From positions 28,153,912 to 28,217,911 of the forward strand of contig NC_057725.1 in the NCBI RefSeq assembly GCF_004010195.1: a stretch of DNA of 64,000 bases, given 5' to 3'. Shown one piece after another: positions 12,604-24,245 of the stretch (positions within the stretch are counted from its first letter, which is position 1; each line of letters starts with the position of its first letter). Origin of the DNA: Chiloscyllium plagiosum (Eukaryota). Below the pieces are notes generated by a model. The model searched no databases and was not told where the DNA came from. It was given only the letters and a program-made list of their open reading frames with translations. The translations under genes were made by a program, and so were the position numbers.

Positions 12604-14859
12604 CCCCCATCCCTTTTGTCCAATCTGTATGGACTGCTTCTAGGGTGGGACTCCCAAATCTATGTCCTGCATTTTCTGGGATTGTTAGTGCAGTCATCAT
12701 GGCTAAGAAACACAGCATGAGATAATGTAGTAAATTATTTTTGAGGCTACGTAGGTCTAATTGGGTCAGGTTGCCCTTTTAATTAGACCGGCTGCAGTGT
12801 GTTGGGCTGTCGTGTGCCTGGCAGAGCTGCCCTGAGTTTCACACTGAGCTACTTACAGTACAAAAAAAGGAACAGAACGGCTTTTGTGTGTTTGTTGAAT
12901 TGAGTGATTTTTCTGTGACCTAGTTCTTGTCTTCAGAATGTGCTGTTGATGCATCTGGCAAGATAGTGTGGCCATTAAGGACCAAGAACCCTTCTGCATT
13001 GACTACTAGGAATACAAGGTTTAGAATTGGGGATTGATGGTTAAAACCTGCTGCTCATGTTCAGTTAAGATGGTTGGGTTTTGGCACAAGAATTAAGGTT
13101 TAGGCCTTGGGGTTAGGTTTCCATTTTTATATTAGCTTGGAGAGCATGTCAGCAGCATAAACTGCTTTTTTAATTACTCAATTTACAGTGAAGATATTTG
13201 GAGCACTGAATTACTGTCATACAATTGCATGCAGACCAGTTGGTCTAGCCAATAACTAAGAATGTGAATGCATTGGGGCTGTGAAGGAAATCAAGTATTG
13301 TTGAACGTAGAAGTTTTATTAAATATGGATTTAAATATGTGCTTTTTTTTCAAATCTCAAGATGGCACTTATAGCTACTAGTCAATAAATTCAGTTGACC
13401 TCCTCAGTTACACTGGGAAGTGCCAAATTATAGTCCTTGTCCATGGGAGGCTATCATGATGGGGGGGAGGGGGGGGGTGGTGTTAACAAAATGGCAAACA
13501 CAGATTCTTGGTACTTCAGGCTACCTGAGGTCAGTGCTGAGGGAGCAGTATGCAAATGGTGAGGTTGGCACTGAAGGGGTACTGCGAGGTTGATGACAAG
13601 GTGGTGCCAAGGTGTTGCATAGTTGGTGTGGCTCACGATACCAAATTCCCAACACATTCTAGTTCTGTAAATTTCTCTCTCCTTGTATCTTGGACTTTTG
13701 TCGATTTCATGATTTGATTAGTCAACAACTCCATTAATCAATCATTAATATTGTATCATTGGACTACCAAGATGGTGGAATGTAAACTTGAAACAGATTA
13801 ACCTGGTCTTTTACATCAACATCTAATAATTCCTTTGTTGTAAAGTGTGAGGAAAGCTGTATGTCTCATTGTCATGAAACATTCAGCAAAATTTCAACAG
13901 TAAGACATTATCAGCTGGCTCTTGAGTATGAAAATCAGGACAATTAACATTTTGCACATTGGTTTATCAAAACTTGGCTGGAGAAGGGTTGACACCCAAG
14001 ATTTTAATGTAAATCATTCTCTTTTTAGATTCACTCAGGCTGGCTGCATATTTCCAGTGCTTTTGCATTTTTACTGTGAAGATATTTTAATGTTGAAGTG
14101 AGGTAGTCTGACGTTTGTTTCAATACCAGAATCTAGAAGCTCAATATTAAGGGGAAAAAGGCCGTGTAATCTTACAAAAGGGTTAAACGGCTTTCGCTCA
14201 CCTTCACTCTCTAACTCTGTGTGCTTTGTGATGGCCAGTCTCAATGTTTTAGTGAGTTCAGTGACTCGAGTTTAATTCGAAATGATGACCTTTTCACTTT
14301 TAATCTGTGATTTCTGTATCTTGTGGAACCAAACACTATTAGCTGGGCAATCCAATAAGAGGAGAGAAAGGAAGAGACTTTCTGATATGATGCATCATTC
14401 CTTGTGTCAAGCCACTTGCTAATTGTGAACGTTATCTGACTTGCACACATTTAACTCAGTGTTTGGTTTGGCACTGATTTGTAAAAGTGTTCACACACTG
14501 CCTCTGACCAATGAGGCAATGGGAAACAGTGTTTCAAATGCAAGACTACCCCAGGTTTACCAAAACTTATATAAATATTTACTTTTAAAAGTCAGGCTCA
14601 AACTTTCCTTCTCATTAATTGTTTCTATTTATCTAAATAACAACTGCTGTTGATAGATATTCAAGAGTTTACTGCCTAACCCTGTTTCCCTTGTTATTTA
14701 ATGTTAATACTTAGCATTGAACTGTAGCTTTTGTTCAACAAGCACAAAGCGACAGTCGAGGATCCTCTTCGAGTTGAGGAGGTTTTATGCTCAGAATTCC
14801 ATGGCTGCTCTATTTTGACTCTCCAATGCCCACATAAAGTCTTGTGATTATCTTGTAAG

Positions 14860-15240
14860 AAACTCAACAAACTCTTAGTTGGTATCCCAACCATGATCTT
14901 GAGTATTCATTCGCTCCAATAGTGCAGCGATAGCAGTGCAAACCATCTGAGATGAACTGCACCAAATATCTAAGACTCCTTTTGAAAGCTCCTTCCAACC
15001 CAGAAAGACAAGGTTTGAGATGCATGTAATGCATTATCCTGACTTGCAACTATTTTATTGCCCCTTCATTAACTCTGGGTCAAAATGCTGGCACTCCCTT
15101 TCTAACAGCACAGCAAGTGTAACTATACCCCACATGATTGCTCAGTTCAAGAAGGCAGCTCACCCACCACCTTTTTTGTTGTGCAGACAATGTTGGCCTG
15201 GTCAGTAATGCCCACATACCATGAATGAACATGTAAGAAA
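14860..15240 (+). mobile_element. 3' fragment of a CR1/L2-group non-LTR element (family of 49550-50860)
   Basis: gcactccctttctaacagcac..gttcaagaaggcagctcacccacc..tgttggcctggtcagtaatgcccacataccatgaatgaa matches the reverse complement of the ends at about 27020, 44965 and 49550. Confidence 0.55.
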
Positions 15241-16789
15241 ATAAAATATCTCGACAAACCCAGTCCTAATGCAAAGGGGATTGTGTTTTTCTCTGGCAAC
15301 ATTGCACTGATTTGATGACCCCTTTTCATGATTCACTGTGCCAACTCTCCATATCTTAAATGCTAGGTTTTTCAATCTACGTCTCCATTGACCTACTTTG
15401 TCCTTTATTTGTGTGAAAAAATACATGCTGTCTTTTTAAAAAACATTTTCTTCCTTTCATGATCAATGTGCATTTGTATAGCACCTTTTGCATCATAATG
15501 TTCACCTAAGTGCTTCACAGCCAATGAGTTGCTCTGAGAACAGTAACTGTTGCACTGTAGTGAAAAACAGGTGAGCTGTTTTGTTTCATTTTTCGGAGGT
15601 GCTTATTCAGGGAATTCTTCTAGATTGCCTTTTGAGTCGGGCTCTTGTTCCCTTTGGAGAGGGTAAGCTATTTAATATCTTAGCCACTAGGTGTCATCCC
15701 TGTGCAATATACTCTCTCAGCCCTGCATTGGTGCCTTGGCCTGGGTTATATGATAGTGGTATATGGTTTCCGATGGAAACCACCCCAATCTTTCAAACCT
15801 TTCATTTGTCACTTTCATGCCAGACATCAGCCCAGTAAATCTTTGTTACACTCTATGTAGCCTCGCAATTCCTCCTTTAGAATGGAGAGCAAAACCATAC
15901 ACACTTCAAACAAGGTAATTGATTGTACTTTAACTTTGTTTTGCATTTTGATGGACTGCATTAGTAAAACTTGCTGTGGGTTTTGATTTACAAGCTGACA
16001 AAGGGTTTTTTTTAAACTGTATGTCTGCTTTGGAGCAGCTCTTGAGAGCAAGAGGTTAGTTGTTTCTGACAAGGATTTTGCATTGTAATAAATAAATGGA
16101 TGACTATTAATGAGCTGCAAAAATTGACTTCATTTGCATGATACGAATTGGCAGGGATGGAGACTGAAAGTGACTGCATTGAGTAATGTTTTTTTTTGCA
16201 ATGAATGGAAAGTTTTATTGATTGATCCTTTTTCAAGCCTGTCACTATCCCAAGCCAACAGTAACGACAGCGGTTAGTATTCCATATCTTGAATATGGCA
16301 TAATGTCTCCTCTTTACTAACAATTGTAAAGGTATATCTTTTACCTAGTTCCTGCAAATATTGGTCACGATTAAGTGGGCTTTAAATTGTCTTTGCACAA
16401 ATGAAATCTTACTGCAGATAATTTTAAGTTGCTAGTTTTGCCATTGTGGCCTTCAATAAATCAGACCATTGGTGAAGCGGTCCTTTGCTGTGTTTTTGGT
16501 ATATATTTTTAAAAATTCCTTGTATCATACATTTTATCTTTCTATGTTGCGCAGAATTGCCAATGGCTTTTGAGCCCAAACCAATTTATGCAGGGTCATG
16601 GTGACATTACTGTTTCAAACAGACTTTAATAAAGAAAGGAAAAACCTGGCATTTGTATAGCACCTTTCACAGCCTCCTGTGGGTGTACTACTGGATCTGT
16701 GAGGTGCATTTGGGAGAATCTGGAGTGAGAGGCTGTGACATGGGAAGAATGATTGATTCAAACTGGAATACCAAGGAAGCAGCAAATAG

Positions 16790-17200
16790 CATACATTGTT
16801 GTAATACCTTTTTGTGACCTCAGGACATCTGTGAGTTGCCTTCAATTAGGATGAAGTACTTTGAAGTATGCTATAATGTAGGAAATGCAGTGGTCAACTT
16901 TGAATAGCAAGCTCCCATGAAGAACCATGTGACAAATGAGCAGGTAACTTTAATTGAGTGATATTGGTTGAGGGTTACGTATTTAATCAGGATGCTTGGG
17001 AGCACTCCACTATTCTTCCACAAAATATTGGCTAAGGGCTTTGCCCCTCTTACAGGACATGTTATCTCATGCAAATGGTGCCTCTGACAGTTCAGTACTC
17101 CCACAATATTATGTTGAGTGTGTGTCAGCCTTGATTTTGTGCTCAAGTAGAGAGTGTGGCTCATACCAACCTTTGGACTCAGATGTGATATTATCCGCAG
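16790..17200 (-). mobile_element. DeuSINE, diverged
   Basis: gaagtactttgaagt..aatgtaggaaatgcag..gcaagctccca..gatattggttgagggt is the reverse complement of the DeuSINE 3' half. Confidence 0.6.
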
Positions 17201-19634
17201 ATGCCTGCTGACATTAAATAATGATTTATTGGTATATCTCCATGTTCTTGTCACCTGTTCTTGTGACCGAAATCAACCTTCCAAGGAAAATAGTATCACC
17301 ATCAGAGAAATGGTTTTTAACCTGCTGGGATAACGTGCACATATGCGACAATGAATCGAAGAAGTGTGGAATTTAAAACCAGAAGGATTACACACCAGAA
17401 AAAAGTTTGCTAGTTGTTGGAATGGTCAAATCCTATCGAGTCCCCCTGTTGTCTATAATTTGAGATCAACCAACACAGAAATGGTATTTGTTCCTGCTGG
17501 TCTTCAGTTTTGCTCAAACTGATGATATCAAGGATGATTAGTTGTGGAATGATGATTCTCGAGTTGCTAATGATGAAGATTAGGAAAATCCATATGATAT
17601 GCAACTATTGCAATATGTTTAGATGCAATGTTTAGTGATCCAGACAGTGACCAGTAATTTTGAAGGACTTCAATGTGAATTGTGTGCATGTTGTGTTGGT
17701 TAACACATAGTTACCAATGTAATAAAATGTGTTCAGGAAGTAATATAAATGTTTTAGTAGTGTTAGTTTTAGCGTTATTCCATGGCACCACCTTTTATTG
17801 ATCCAAATTAATGTAACAATCACACACCAAATATTACCTGTACAAAAGCTGACCCCAAAACATTTGACTGAAAAAGATTGATCTAAAAGAAAGTTTTTGA
17901 AACTGGTATGTGCAGTAATTGCAAGTGAAGGAAAAATATTCTACACTGCAAGTGATATCCTCTACTTGAGAGAGCGGTGAAGGCAGTTACAACTGTGGCT
18001 TTCAAAAGTAAATTGGAAAGACACCGGAAAAGGAAGAACGTTTCGGGGGGGAAAAGGCAAGGAGTGGGTCCAGAGGAATTCTTCCCTCAGAGCCAGTGTG
18101 AATATAACAGGCTAAATGGCTATCTTCTGCATGGTAACGCTTCTTTGCAAAAAATATGCTTTTGTTTGGTGTTGTAACCTATAAGATTCTGAAGGGCTGC
18201 ACAGATCCAGTTCCCTGGGTCAACTTTCCTTTTGAGTGCAGGTAGGTGCTCCCAAGTGACTTGCTTTTGTTTAGCCACTTCTGATCTCACTTTCTGTGTG
18301 TGGCGTACTTTTGTGCATTTGATATACAACACTTTCATGATTAATTTTCAGCCCCATGATATCCACTTACAAGTGTGGAGCTTCTACAGTTTGGGCATGA
18401 ATGGGTTCTACACAGAACACTCTTGGTACAATGGCTAGGGAGAAAGAACAGCCAAGCACTGTCGTACTGTTCAGACCAACAACTGCCAAGTGCTGCATTG
18501 TATGTAGAGAATCGGCGGGTAATAAGAACACTTTAATTCGGGAGAGGTTGGGCTCTGTGTGGGTGGTTGGATTTCACTTTGCTGGAAGGCAGATGTGGTT
18601 TCAATGAAAGGTTCACATTGAGCACTGAATGGCTCTTATGCAAACTCATGGGAACTAACTCTGTGGTTTTTGGTGTGGCCTTTCTAGTTTACTCTGCTTT
18701 TAAATGTAGCTGCAGTTTGTAGTGACCTTGACAGCAATGGTAAGGAGGTGAGTTAGGTTTTGTAGAATTAATGTCTTTTGACTCTTGTATGCAATTGAAG
18801 CAATTGGTGTTGAAATGTATGTAGTATTGATGGAGGGGTCAAGAGCCTTATTTTAAAAAGCAATTTCTAAATTTAAATTTTTGTTTGCCAGGTATTTTAG
18901 GCAATAGTTTAGGAATGCTGTCAGATTGAAATATAATGGGATCATCTTCATTTAGGATGAAGAAAAATTTTTGTGTGCACGCGCTGAGGTGACTGACTGA
19001 CTACCCCTGTGCTGGATCCACAAATCCTGCCACAGGAGGTGTTTACTGAAGCGGTTAGGTGGAGGAAGCAGGCTGCTCTGGTTTTTGAATGTTCCTTCCA
19101 TGGTCCCACATCTGCACCTTTCCTGCGCTTTTCCAGCAACACATTTTTTAGCAGGAGACTCTCAAGGTATGGGGATTTATAAACATTGTCCATTTGTTCA
19201 CAGTGGATCTTGATAGGGGTTCATATTATGTGGGGGGAGCTGGCTAGTAGAAGAAACCTTGTCTTCCAGATGTTTAGCCTCCGGTCCATTCTCTCCTATT
19301 ACCTATGCAAATGCATTGTCAATAGTTAGGTGCTTGGCTAGTGTGCACACCTGAAAGCTGAGTCTGTACGCTGCAACTCAATGATTGAGCTTGAGGTGAC
19401 CTTGGTTCTGGACTGGGGGGAATGCTGTTTGAATGGTTTAATGCTCAACTTGCAGAGGAGCTCCACACAGCTGTGTGAGGTACTGAGGTTTGTTGTGGTG
19501 TTCACAGAAGATTAATATACTGAACTGAACAATCCTTTAATTGAGCTTGCTGTGCTGTTCACTCATATAAAAGTTTGACATTAAAATATCACTGATGTTT
19601 AGCTCTTAACATTTTTTAAGTATGCAGGTCAAGC

Positions 19635-20090
19635 AGAAAGACTTGCAATTTTATAGTGTCTTTCACAGCCTCGGAATGTCCTGAGGTGCTTTGATAGCCA
19701 ATGAAATACTTTAGGTGTAGTCACTTCAATTTTGACGGAATCACGATAATCACTTTTCGCACACCAAGCTCCCACAGCAGCAATATGATGGCAGGGTCAT
19801 CTGCTTTTGCAATGTAATCTGGAGGGTTAAATATTGGGCAGTACACTGAGAAAACTCCTCACTGCTTTTCTTTGAACAGTGAACATCCGATATTTTACAT
19901 CTACCTAAGTGGACAGATCAGGTCTTGGTGTAACGACTTGTCTAAAATATGGCACATTTAATGTTGCAGCACACCCTCTAATACTGCACTGGGTTATCAG
20001 CCCGGGTGGTGTTCTCTGGTCTCTGTAATGAGACATGAAACCACACTCTTCTGATTCTGAAGCAAGAGTTCTACCTCCCAGTTACTGATG
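19635..20090 (-). mobile_element. DeuSINE (SacSINE1-like), near full length
   Basis: aaagacttgcaattttatagtgtctttcac..gccaatgaaatactttaggtgtagtcact..caagctcccacagcagcaat..gagggttaaatattggg..gcagcacaccctctaatactgcactgg..ttctgattctgaagcaagag. Confidence 0.7.
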
Positions 20091-20397
20091 CCTGCAGTTG
20101 TAGCTATCTGTTAATATTTGCAAAGGACAATTCTAACTCCTTGAAAATCTTCTAATGAAGAGGAATCTAGCTTTAATTTTTTTTTAAATATCTGCAATAT
20201 GGACTGAGTTAGAAGCTAAATGTAAAATTGATCAGGTTCAAATGCCTGAATGTTTTGTGCCAAATTTGCTGGCATCGCATAAACTGCTGTCACTGACTGC
20301 AGTGCAATCCTTGGCTATCACATGAGAAGATTTTCATATAGCAGTCGTATGAAAAGTACTGTTGACAAAGCAGCTATGAAATCCTTTTCCTAAGTGG

Positions 20398-20719
20398 TAG
20401 ATTAGATTAGATTACTTACAGTGTGGAAACAGGCCCTTCGGCCCAACAAGTCCACACCGACCCGCCGAAGCGTAACCCACCCAGACCCATTCTCCTACAT
20501 TTACCCCTTCACCTAACACTACGGGCAATTTAGCATGGCCAATTCACCTGACCTGCACATTTTTGGACTGTGGGAGGAAACCGGAGCACCCGGAGGAAAC
20601 CCACGCAGACACGGGGAGAATGTGCAAACTCCACACAGTCAGTCGCCTGAGGTGGGAATTGAACCCGGGTCTCTGGCGCTGTGAGGCAGCAGTGCTAACC
20701 ACTGTGCCACCGTGCCGCC
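20398..20719 (-). mobile_element. HE1-like SINE, young full-length copy
   Basis: tRNA-like head, V-domain, CR1-like tail gggccgaagggcctgtttccacactgt and (TCTAA)n end; CpGs retained. Confidence 0.92.
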
Positions 20720-20784
20720 TATGGTAATTTATCATTTATCATGAAAAGAATTAACTAACTATTGAAACATTTCATCAGTTAGCC

Positions 20785-21290
20785 TTGTTCTTTAAAGGTG
20801 AGTGGTGGTCATAGATTTGGAAGGTGTTGTCAAAGATGCTTTGAGTTGCAATGCATCTGGAAGGTGGTGAGCATTGCTTCCACTGCCAGAACACAAACAT
20901 TTTAAGGTGCTGTTTGAGATATGCCCATCAAGCAGTGGTGTTGAACTACTTGAGTGCTGTTGGAGTGATGCTAATCCAAACAAACTGAGACCATTCCATG
21001 AAATTGCTGACTGGCATTTTCTAGTTGGTGGTAACCCTTTTGTGAATCTGATGTCTTGTGCACCAAAGACATCCCAGCCTCTGCCCTGATGTTGTAGCCA
21101 TGATATTGATACATCCGGCCCAGTTATGTTTTTGGTAAATAATAATCCGTAGGATGAAGATTAAGGACTTCCCAATGATAATGCTTTTGAATGTCAAGGG
21201 AAGATGGATTCTCTCTTGTTGGACATGATCTTGTTGGACATTACTTCCTGGTAATTATGTGGCACAAATTGTGCTTATCACTCCAAGCAT
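20785..21290 (-). mobile_element. Decayed non-LTR LINE fragment (family of 49550-50860)
   Basis: Shares tttgaatgtcaag..ctcttgttggacatg and ccagttatgtttttggtaaataataatcc-type segments with 50110-50270. Confidence 0.5.
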
Positions 21291-21415
21291 CATCCTTTAG
21301 GTCAGGTCTGATACAAGCAGAATCTTGGACAAACAAATGATTGAATTTGATGATGAGCAATAATGCTCAACTCGGGCATGTCATGGAATGCTCATACTTG
21401 ACTGAATGAGTGTCC

Positions 21416-22800
21416 CATGGGTGTTCCATTGGTTTGTCTCTACCTCCAACAAAAAAAAATGTTAAGTAGGTGGTAAGTCATAGGTCCAGTAGCTTGACTA
21501 TACTGTCCTTGCTGATGAAGTTAGTGGTGTTTCTCAAAGGCACCTACACCAAACGCCACTAGCTTCATGTGTCTTTGAGAAACACCACTAACTTCATCAG
21601 CAAGGACAGTATCGTCAAGCTACTGGACCTACAGACCTACAGCCAAACCAACAGAACACCCATGGATCTCTGATATCAGGATTCTTAGCAAAGGCAGTAA
21701 TGCAGAGACTCACTCGAACAGCTCTACCAAACATCTAACCCACGCTTTGGGTCCGCTGCATGGATGATACCTTTGTCATCATTAAACGAAACAAATTAGA
21801 GGAAACCTTCAACACCATCAATAATACCTTTTCTTTTACTGGCATAAAATTCACTAAAGAGGAGGAAAACAATAACAAACTGCCATTCCTAGATGTCACA
21901 CTAGAGCAAACAGCCAACAGGCAACTGCAAAACAACATCTACAGGAAAACAGCACATACAGACCAAATATTGAACTACAGAAGCAATCATCCCAACATCC
22001 ACAAATGAAGCTGCATCCGAACATTATTTCAATGAGCCAACACACACTGCAGCACAGAGAAACTACGCAGAGCAGAGGAAAATCACCTATACAGTGTATT
22101 AAAAAAGAACGGTACCCAATGAACACAGTCTGCTGATTTCTCAGCAACAAACAAAACAAGCTGACAAAACCCTATCGGAAGCCCTAGCCACTCTCCCCTA
22201 CATCAAAGAGCTCTCAGAAATGACTGCCAGACTATTCAGACCCCTTGGCATTATGGTAGCCCACAAACCCACCAACACACTAAAACAGGAGCTAATGAAC
22301 TAATACAGACAACCAGCAAAACTAATGTCATTTACAAAATACGATACATGAACTGTAGCAAAGACCTACATTGGACAAACAGGCAGAAAACTAGCCCCCA
22401 GGATACATTAACATCAACTAGCCACAAAACGACATGAGTCTCTCTCACTAGTATCCTTACATACAGATAAGGAAGGTCACCACTTCGACTGGATCAACAC
22501 ATCCATCTTAGGGCAAGACAAACAGAGACATGCACGAGAATTCCTAGAAGCATGGCATTCCAACCAGAACTCTACCAAAAAACAGGTCAAGCTAGACCCC
22601 ATCTACCACCCCCTGAGAAAAATAACAGGGAATGACACTGCCACAGGGAATGATATCGCCAACCCAAAGAAACCCAATCCTCTAAATAGAAAGTAGGAAT
22701 CATGTATGCTGCTTTGCCTGAGGCTCACTGAAGATGTTACCTAGTAGGGTGATGAAACATCTGGAAATGAACCTTCCAGCTCAGCAAACAAACCTACATC
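21416..22800 (+). mobile_element. Poseidon-type PLE (RT, GIY-YIG, terminal repeat with HHR), 5'-inverted
   Basis: GTPMGS-like and MDDTFVI..IKFTKEEENNNKLPFLDV..IYRKTAHTDQILNYRSNHP RT motifs; YIGQTGRKL at about 22368-22393; REFLEAWHS; HHR-like motif at 22725-22764. Confidence 0.9.
22725..22764 (+). ncRNA. Degenerate minimal type I hammerhead ribozyme (Poseidon PLE)
   Basis: TCA-CTGAAGA-T-GTTACC-TAGTAG-GGTGAT-GAAA-CATC-TGG; the stem III palindrome ACGT appears decayed to ACAT. Confidence 0.55.
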
Positions 22801-22814
22801 TACAGAATTTATAG

Positions 22815-24245
22815 TATAAGATCAAAGTGTCATACAGCTGATACAATATATTGAACAAACCTAGATTGCTTTTAAGTCTTTAATCACTTAGAATGGAGAT
22901 GCAGGTTTCCAGTCATTAACATGTAAATCCCAGAACTTCTTTCAAGTCACATTTCCAAGATAACACGTTTTTTTTTAAAATAAAACCTTAACATCTCGGC
23001 TCAGATGATGCATTAAAGTTGAGGGGTTAGAGTCTGTCCAAGCTTGAGTAAGACTGGTTCTGTTTACAAACTAGGAATTTATAAAATGTCATGTGGACTG
23101 ACTGCGTAAAAATTGTGTGCTTTTTGAAGAAAAGAGAATGGATCTACAAATGTAAATTTACCTGTTGGACTTGTATGTGTGTGTGAGGGAGGGGGTGTGT
23201 GGGCAGGTGTGACAGTATATGTGTGTGTTGTATTGGGGGTCACCTGTAGTGTGTCATGAACCCAAGGTCCTGTTTTGAGGCCATTCTCATGGGTACTGAC
23301 CTTGGCTATCAGCCTCTGTGTTAATGTGTATCCCCAAGTCCACCTTGAAGGATGGTCACTCGGAGATCAGAGGCTGAATGCCCTTGTGCGCTGAAATGTT
23401 CCCCATTGACAGGGAACGTCCCTGTGTGGCAATTGTTGAGTGCAGTCAGTCCATGTGACATTTTACAAATTCCTACTTCAGAAATAGAACAAGTCTGACT
23501 CTGTATTGAAATACAGACCGACCAACTTTAATGCATTGTCTGAGCTGAGATATCACTTTCTTAAAAACCTTATCTCAGGAGTGTGACTTGAAAGAAGTTC
23601 TGGGATTTACGTGTTAATGAATCAACCTGCAACCCATTCTAAGTGATTAAAGACTTAACAACAATCTAGGTTTTGGTGTCACGAGTGTGGTGCTAGAAAA
23701 GCATAGCTGATCAGGCAGTATCTGCGGAGCAAGAGAATTCATGTATTGAGCATAAACCCTCCAGGAATGAGGCTTGTGAGCTGGGGAGGATGGGTGTGTG
23801 TTGCTGCGTGATAAATAGGAGGGGGTAGGGCTGGGTAGGGTAGCTGAGTGGATGAAGGTGAGGGTGAAGGTCATAAGTCAGGAGGGTGGAGCAAATAGAT
23901 GGGAAGGAAGATTGGTAGGTCAAGAGGGCAGTGTCGAGTTGGAAGGTTGGATCTGGGATAAGGTGGGAGGGGAAATGAGGAAACTGGTAAAATCCACATT
24001 GATCCCGTGTGGACCCAGGGGTGGACCTAACAAGAGTCGCAGAGGGAATGGTTTGTTCAATACATTGCATTGTGTATATGACACTTTAGTAGAAGATCAA
24101 ACTTCTGTGTCCTGTAATCTTGCCCCACTAGCTACCTGGCAAAGAAGCAGTGGTCTGAAAGCTTGTGCTTTCAAATAAACCTGTTGGACTATAAATTGAT
24201 GTTGTGATGTTTAAATTTGTTCAGCCCTGTCCAACACTGGGACCT
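22815..24245. mobile_element. Third PLE family: minus-strand GIY-YIG end plus inverted plus-strand terminal repeat, interrupted by a Neptune-type insertion
   Basis: Reverse complement of 23240-23435 gives GEHFSAQGHSASDLRVTILQGGL..LIAKVSTHENGL. 22820-23105 is inversely repeated at 23445-23673 plus 24050-24090. The 3' end gaaagcttgtgctttcaaataaacctgttggactata is also present inverted at 52625-52685. Confidence 0.75.
23675..24030 (-). mobile_element. Neptune-type PLE 3' fragment
   Basis: gtgtggtgctagaaaagcatagc..caggcagtatc and gggataaggtgggaggggaaatgaggaaactggt, homologous to 43992-44880. Confidence 0.75.

Noticed and set aside
20640-20719. tRNA-like sequence with A and B boxes
   Set aside because: It is the head of an HE1-like SINE repeated many times in the window; no complete cloverleaf.
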